From IMG/VR virus record IMGVR_UViG_2576861533_000004, positions 1,662 through 65,661 of that record: a stretch of 64,000 nucleotides of DNA; one strand, given 5' to 3'. Below are positions 59,162 to 64,000 of the stretch, piece after piece. The translations under genes and the position numbers were made by a program. The DNA is from a virus (taxonomy: Duplodnaviria > Caudoviricetes). Position 1 is the first letter of the stretch, and each line of letters begins with the position of its first letter. A model generated the notes under the pieces. That model ran no database searches and was not told the DNA's origin. It saw nothing but the letters and a program-made list of their open reading frames with translations.

Positions 59162-60229
59162 TTAGGGGTATTTTGCGATGAAGCCATTTATTTTTGTTTG
59201 CAAATCATGGCTCAATCCTTTTTTCTGACGATACTTTTCTTCAAGAATGAATCGAATAAACTCCCGTACTTTTGGATTTTCTGTATCCAATTTATCCAGT
59301 AGTTCTATTACTTCTATCCAATTATTAGTAAAAGGTGTTTCTTTATAACCCATTGTAGGAGAACGGAGATATTTTTCTGCTGTACTGTAGGTGGTTCCAA
59401 CTAAGTTTCTGGTAAATTCAACGAAAGAAACTTCTTTTGTGTCAACATCTAAATAGTACTCAAATAAAGATTTGATAATATAAACTATTTGTTTTGTATC
59501 TATTTTATTGACTGAGGAATCTGTTAATAAAGACATGGCATTTCCAATGTGTTTTTGTAGCAGAATATACCAATGAATTAAGGTTTGATTAGTTAAATGT
59601 GAGATTAGCTCTTCGGAGAATCCACATAGCTTGCTGTTAAGCAGTTGAAGTTTGCTATTTAATAAGGTACTAAAGTCTGTAATTTCTTTCTTTTCAGACT
59701 TTGCGCATTCATACAATTCTTGGAATATTTCCTTGTCTGTAAAGAATCTGAAAAAATCATTTTTATATTTTTGATTTTTAATATGGGGAAATTCATCTAT
59801 TCTGTAGTATCCGTTTTCAATTATGTTCTTTTTTAGGGGAGCGTTTAATGCATCATATCCAAGTATTTGTTTATGCTCTTCAAGAAGATACTTCTCCATC
59901 AAATCTTCGCATGACAACTTATAAAGTAGATTTCCATCGTAATATATCTGTTTGTTAAAGAGTTCAAAAGAACAGATTTCTTCATTGCATTGTTGATACC
60001 CGTTATTACTTATGAAATCCTCTATTTTTTCTTTGGAGAAGAAGCCTATTTGAGAAGTAATCATAAAAAAATCAGCATCTAAATGTTGTATTGCCAATTT
60101 GAAACAATCAAGGGAAATTTCAAGATAGCCCAGATACTCCCATACTGACTGTAGAGGGAGTTTTATTTCTTTCTTGGGAAATTCTGCCCCATCATACTTT
60201 AGTAGTTCTTTTAACGTTGTTGAATCCAT
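59162..60229 (-). CDS. Hypothetical protein downstream of the integrase
   Basis: 355-aa AT-rich ORF. Confidence 0.7.
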   Translation of the reverse strand: MDSTTLKELLKYDGAEFPKKEIKLPLQSVWEYLGYLEISLDCFKLAIQHLDADFFMITSQIGFFSKEKIEDFISNNGYQQCNEEICSFELFNKQIYYDGNLLYKLSCEDLMEKYLLEEHKQILGYDALNAPLKKNIIENGYYRIDEFPHIKNQKYKNDFFRFFTDKEIFQELYECAKSEKKEITDFSTLLNSKLQLLNSKLCGFSEELISHLTNQTLIHWYILLQKHIGNAMSLLTDSSVNKIDTKQIVYIIKSLFEYYLDVDTKEVSFVEFTRNLVGTTYSTAEKYLRSPTMGYKETPFTNNWIEVIELLDKLDTENPKVREFIRFILEEKYRQKKGLSHDLQTKINGFIAKYP

Positions 60230-60292
60230 AATATAATATTTTGTTCTAAGATACTGTACTTGCTTTAAACCATCAACATTTTGGTTGTAAAA

Positions 60293-61639
60293 CTAGATTG
60301 TTGATCTGAAAAAATCATGATTTAATAGCATTTTTGCATTTTCTTCCTTGGTTATTCTAACGTAACGCATGAAGCTACTCTCGGTTTTATGTCCTGTAAT
60401 CTGCATGATTGCTAAGGAGGGGATCCCCTTCTTTGAAGCGTTGGAAGCAAAACTTCTTCTTGCTGTATGAGATGTTACCATTTCGCATTTTTCATAGGTA
60501 ACTTCTTGCCGTATTCCTCCTTTTGTTTCCATTATATTAATCTTTTCAGTAATTCCAGCTTTGCGACATATCTTTTTAAGCATACGATTAGTTGCTTGGT
60601 TACATTGTATTACAGGGGGCTTATTGCCATATTTCTCTAAGATGATTTTTACAACGGGATGAATTGGGATAACAACTTTTGTGGCTGTCTTTTGAGTAAC
60701 AATTGTAATAGTCTCTTCTTGGAAATTAATATGCTTTGCTGCAAGACGGGCAATGTCACTATATCTAAGTCCTGTATAGCAACTTATTAGAAAGCCATCT
60801 CTTACCTGTGCTTGATTGTCTGGGAGTTCTAAAGTATAGAGTTTCTCTAATTCGCTTTCATTCAGATAGATTGATTCGGCATCTTCACGAAACGCTTTGA
60901 AATCTTTTTTCTTGAAATCATCATTGATGGTATATCCATTCTCGTTTGCATATCTCATAAACACTTTGATGTTTTTTATGAATTTACCGATTACACTAGG
61001 GCGATACAACCCACGAGAGTGCTTGGTTTCGTTTAAATAACTAACAAAGTCATTATAGAAGTCCATATTAATAGATTCTAAAGTTAATTTCACGTTACGA
61101 TCTTTTGAGTATCTTTTCAATGCACTTTGCGTTGAAACGTAGTTTCGTATTGAACCCGGAACTAGCTTTGCCCCCTTATCATTTAAAATTGAACCCTCTC
61201 TGCATAAGGTTATGAAGAAGTCAATATAGGAAATGAAATCTGTAAAGGTGCGTTTGCTTTCTATTTGCACTCTATTCAGCTCTTTCATCATTTCAGCTTT
61301 CACTTGGTCTGCCATTGGTTGTATGTTGTGTAACTTGAAGTTTTCCATTACCCAAATGAAGAGATTAAGTGTTCTTTCTATCTCTTTATTGATATTACGC
61401 AATTGTACCTGCAATAATGGATTTCCTTTTAAGTTTGGATTCCGCTTCGGATCTTCGATTGCTCTTCCTGTGGCGTTATCCCAATGGCATGGTTTGATTT
61501 TGTATTCAGCCGGAAGGTGAATGTTTAATCTTACCTTATTAATAAATACACGCATTCTTATTGCGGAGAACTCTGCATTAGAGTCTTTAAGAGAGAATTT
61601 AGGATTTGCTACGGTGTAGCATGTTTTAATTTTAATCAT
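60293..61639 (-). CDS. Tyrosine integrase
   Basis: TGLRYSD, HTARRSFA and ITGHK..F.RY catalytic motifs; arm-binding and SAM-like domains. Confidence 0.96.
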   Translation of the reverse strand: MIKIKTCYTVANPKFSLKDSNAEFSAIRMRVFINKVRLNIHLPAEYKIKPCHWDNATGRAIEDPKRNPNLKGNPLLQVQLRNINKEIERTLNLFIWVMENFKLHNIQPMADQVKAEMMKELNRVQIESKRTFTDFISYIDFFITLCREGSILNDKGAKLVPGSIRNYVSTQSALKRYSKDRNVKLTLESINMDFYNDFVSYLNETKHSRGLYRPSVIGKFIKNIKVFMRYANENGYTINDDFKKKDFKAFREDAESIYLNESELEKLYTLELPDNQAQVRDGFLISCYTGLRYSDIARLAAKHINFQEETITIVTQKTATKVVIPIHPVVKIILEKYGNKPPVIQCNQATNRMLKKICRKAGITEKINIMETKGGIRQEVTYEKCEMVTSHTARRSFASNASKKGIPSLAIMQITGHKTESSFMRYVRITKEENAKMLLNHDFFRSTI

Positions 61640-61700
61640 ATATTCAACGTATTAATTATTCCATTATTACTTTTCAAGGGTCGTTCCGTTACATTCTTAT

Positions 61701-61767
61701 ATGACGAAGCGTCATGAGTGATTTTCTGCTGCTTTTTATCTGATTGCAGAATATGACGCTCTGTCAA
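61701..61767. promoter_or_regulatory. Pair of palindromic operator-like sites upstream of the integrase
   Basis: ATGACG-AAG-CGTCAT (61701-61715) and ATGAC-GCTCT-GTCAA (61753-61767). Confidence 0.6.
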
Positions 61768-62143
61768 ATGATCGGACCACTTGTCAGTAACCTGTTCACA
61801 AAGATTGCACCTCCGTAGCGTGCCAAAGTGCTTACTTTGTCTATTAAATTAAACTTGTATGATGTATAATTGTCAGATAATCAATGTGATGTGTTGTCTT
61901 GTACTAATAAGTTAAAGAGTTAAGAAAATACAATAGAAATACACCTATTAACATTTCTTTGTTATTGTGTCAATTTGACACTAACTAGAAAACTCTTTAT
62001 GTCTTTATGGCAGAAGCCCTTGTTTGATAAAAAAAGCATATTAAATTAATGTTTAGGTATAAGTAATCTATTCTTTTGTGTCACAAAAGTTGAAATTCTG
62101 GTTTGTTTTTCTTAACTTTGTATATTGTTATAACAAAAATATT

Positions 62144-62494
62144 ATGATAATGAAAGGGTTGGATTTAAAGCTTGCTAACGAGATTCGTTTAAAACTTATA
62201 GAGTGTGCTGCTCAATCAAAAATTATATGCTATAGTGATCTTGTTCCTAATGTACTATGTGACAATCGGCATATGAATCATTTGAGTAAAATTTTAACTT
62301 ATATTTCTGAGGTAGAATGGGAAGATAGAAAACTGTTATTGTCTTCTCTTGTAGTGCAAAAAGATACAAAAATTCCAGGTATTGGATATTTTGAATTATG
62401 TGCTAAATTAAATGTTTCAACAGATTATAAAGAAATGCAAAATAAGTGTTTTGAATTTTGGAGAAAAGAGGAAAATAGAAATAACTTTAAATGA
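62144..62494 (+). CDS. Hypothetical protein (winged-helix-like)
   Basis: ICYSDL...LLSSLVV..PGIGYF pattern. Confidence 0.6.
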   Translation: MIMKGLDLKLANEIRLKLIECAAQSKIICYSDLVPNVLCDNRHMNHLSKILTYISEVEWEDRKLLLSSLVVQKDTKIPGIGYFELCAKLNVSTDYKEMQNKCFEFWRKEENRNNFK

Positions 62495-62541
62495 GGATTT
62501 AGATATCTTTTATTTAAGATTATGAATTATACTATGTCGGT

Positions 62542-64000
62542 ATGCTATATTTACAAATTGTAATTTGGACATTATTAGTTATTTTAGGGATTTCTTATAT
62601 TGCAACTTTAATAACACCCTTAAATACAGCGGAAAAGGATGCGAAGATAAGTTATTTATATCTTTTGTCTTGTGTTTTATCATCTGCTATTTTTGTTCTA
62701 TTGAAAGAGCTGTTTTTGATAGATACGGCTGTTTTTGTTTGGAAAATTTTATCTATTATTCCTCTTTGCTTAATTCTAATAATTTGTTTTTTTTTACAAA
62801 AGAAAGAGTGTTAATAATATTTTTTCATTTCTCGGGGTTCTGTTATTGGGAATTATTCCTTTCCTTATAAATCTTAACATAACTCCGTCGGAGGTGTTAT
62901 TGCCATCGTTAAAGAATACATATTCGTTAGATGTTATAATAATATCATTTGTTGCTTTTGCTGCTATACTTTTATATATGGTAGCTCGACTTTTGATAAG
63001 AAAGAATCGGACAATATTGGAGTCTATTGAATATTTGTCTAATATTGTGAAAGATGCTGAGAATCTTAATTCTAGCAGGATTGAATCTTTTAGAAGTCCA
63101 TATGAGAAAATGTTATTAGAAGAGTTAACTTCAGTTACAAATGATTTTAGGAGAACTTTACATAAAACCTCGTTGGATTTAAGAACTTTAACCGATGTTT
63201 CTTCAATAGTCAGACAGGGGAATAATAAGCAATATGATGATGTTCGTCCTTTATTTTATGAGATCAAAGGTGAAATAGAAGAATTAAAAGATGCTTTTGC
63301 TACTTTTTCATCATACAAAGATTCTAAATTTGATATAGCTGGGTTTAACAATTTAGATATAATAAGAGAGTTAAATCACTTTCTTGCTACTCCTTTTTCA
63401 TCGATTGTAACTAATGGGGAATTGCTAAGAAAGCAAATACTACAGAAGAAAAACATAACAAGTGCAACATTATATATTGATAGAATCATTAGTAGTGTTC
63501 ACTTATGTCAATGTGTGATTAAGGCATATCGTGAAATAACACAGGTTTCCAACTCTTTTGTAGATTCATCTCAAACCATAAAGCAGGGTTTATCCGCAGC
63601 TTTTGATTTATTTCAATTAGAATATGCTAAGCCAAATTTGAATTTTCAAATTGAAGCAAATGATACAGTACCAGGATATTCTAATAATTTAATAATATCG
63701 TTAATGTCGCCATTATTGCAAAATGCAGTATGTGCGTCTCCTGATTATGGATTTATAGAAGTTGCTATTAAGGAACAAGGTAGCTTCTATAGTATAACAA
63801 TAACAAATATATGTATAGATAAACCAGATGCAAAGTTGTTAAATACGGTAGGTTATTCTTCTAAAGAAAATCATACAGGTACAGGTCTGCTAATTGTAAG
63901 GCATCTTCTTCAGTTAAGAAAAAGTGGAGAGTTGAATTTTGAGATTAGTGATAATAAGATTACTTTCGAAATAAAGCTTAATAAAATATATGATAAGTAG
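62542..64000 (+). pseudogene. Membrane sensor histidine kinase split at a T9 run
   Basis: H-box ELNHFLATP, N-box LLQNA, G-box GYSSKENHTGTGL; the upstream TM ORF joins in frame if 62787-62795 is T8. Confidence 0.7.

Larger units (their letters stand above)
45483..61900 (-). mobile_element. Integrative element (satellite/IME-like); right boundary approximate
   Basis: Integrase-xis-NTPase-DUF6371-Rep backbone; AT-rich cargo; GGACCACTTG present near both ends. Confidence 0.8.

Overview
This is a Bacteroidales-type (Bacteroides-like) chromosomal window containing two mobile elements in tandem. (1) Position <1 to about 45482 is most of a temperate siphovirus-like prophage, mostly on the minus strand. 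Reading right to left it carries a CI/Cro-like switch, an early region with a tRNA-like element, a primase-helicase and SSB, an iteron-rich putative origin, prohead protease/scaffold, major capsid, tail tube, terminase, an inserted plus-strand ArdC-like/methylase/SymE-like cassette, holin and spanin, portal, several morons, tape measure, tail proteins and a mosaic tail fibre followed by paralogous receptor-binding candidates. Its right end is a short sequence resembling the 3' end of a Bacteroides tRNA-Cys, probably an att site. (2) About 45483-61900 is a more AT-rich integrative element. It encodes a tyrosine integrase, an HTH excisionase, a P4/D5-type NTPase, a DUF6371-like protein, a Rep-like protein, a WYL/metallophosphoesterase/HU/DUF4406 operon and partly decayed cargo. 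A membrane histidine kinase split at a T9 run ends the window. The most notable signals are an unannotated tail gene switched off by a G8 tract, a c4/CI-like three-box antisense RNA architecture, a phage-specific late promoter with invariant spacing, palindromic operators in the second element, and a candidate lipoprotein toxin/immunity moron. All product calls come from motif recognition by eye; no database searches were run.
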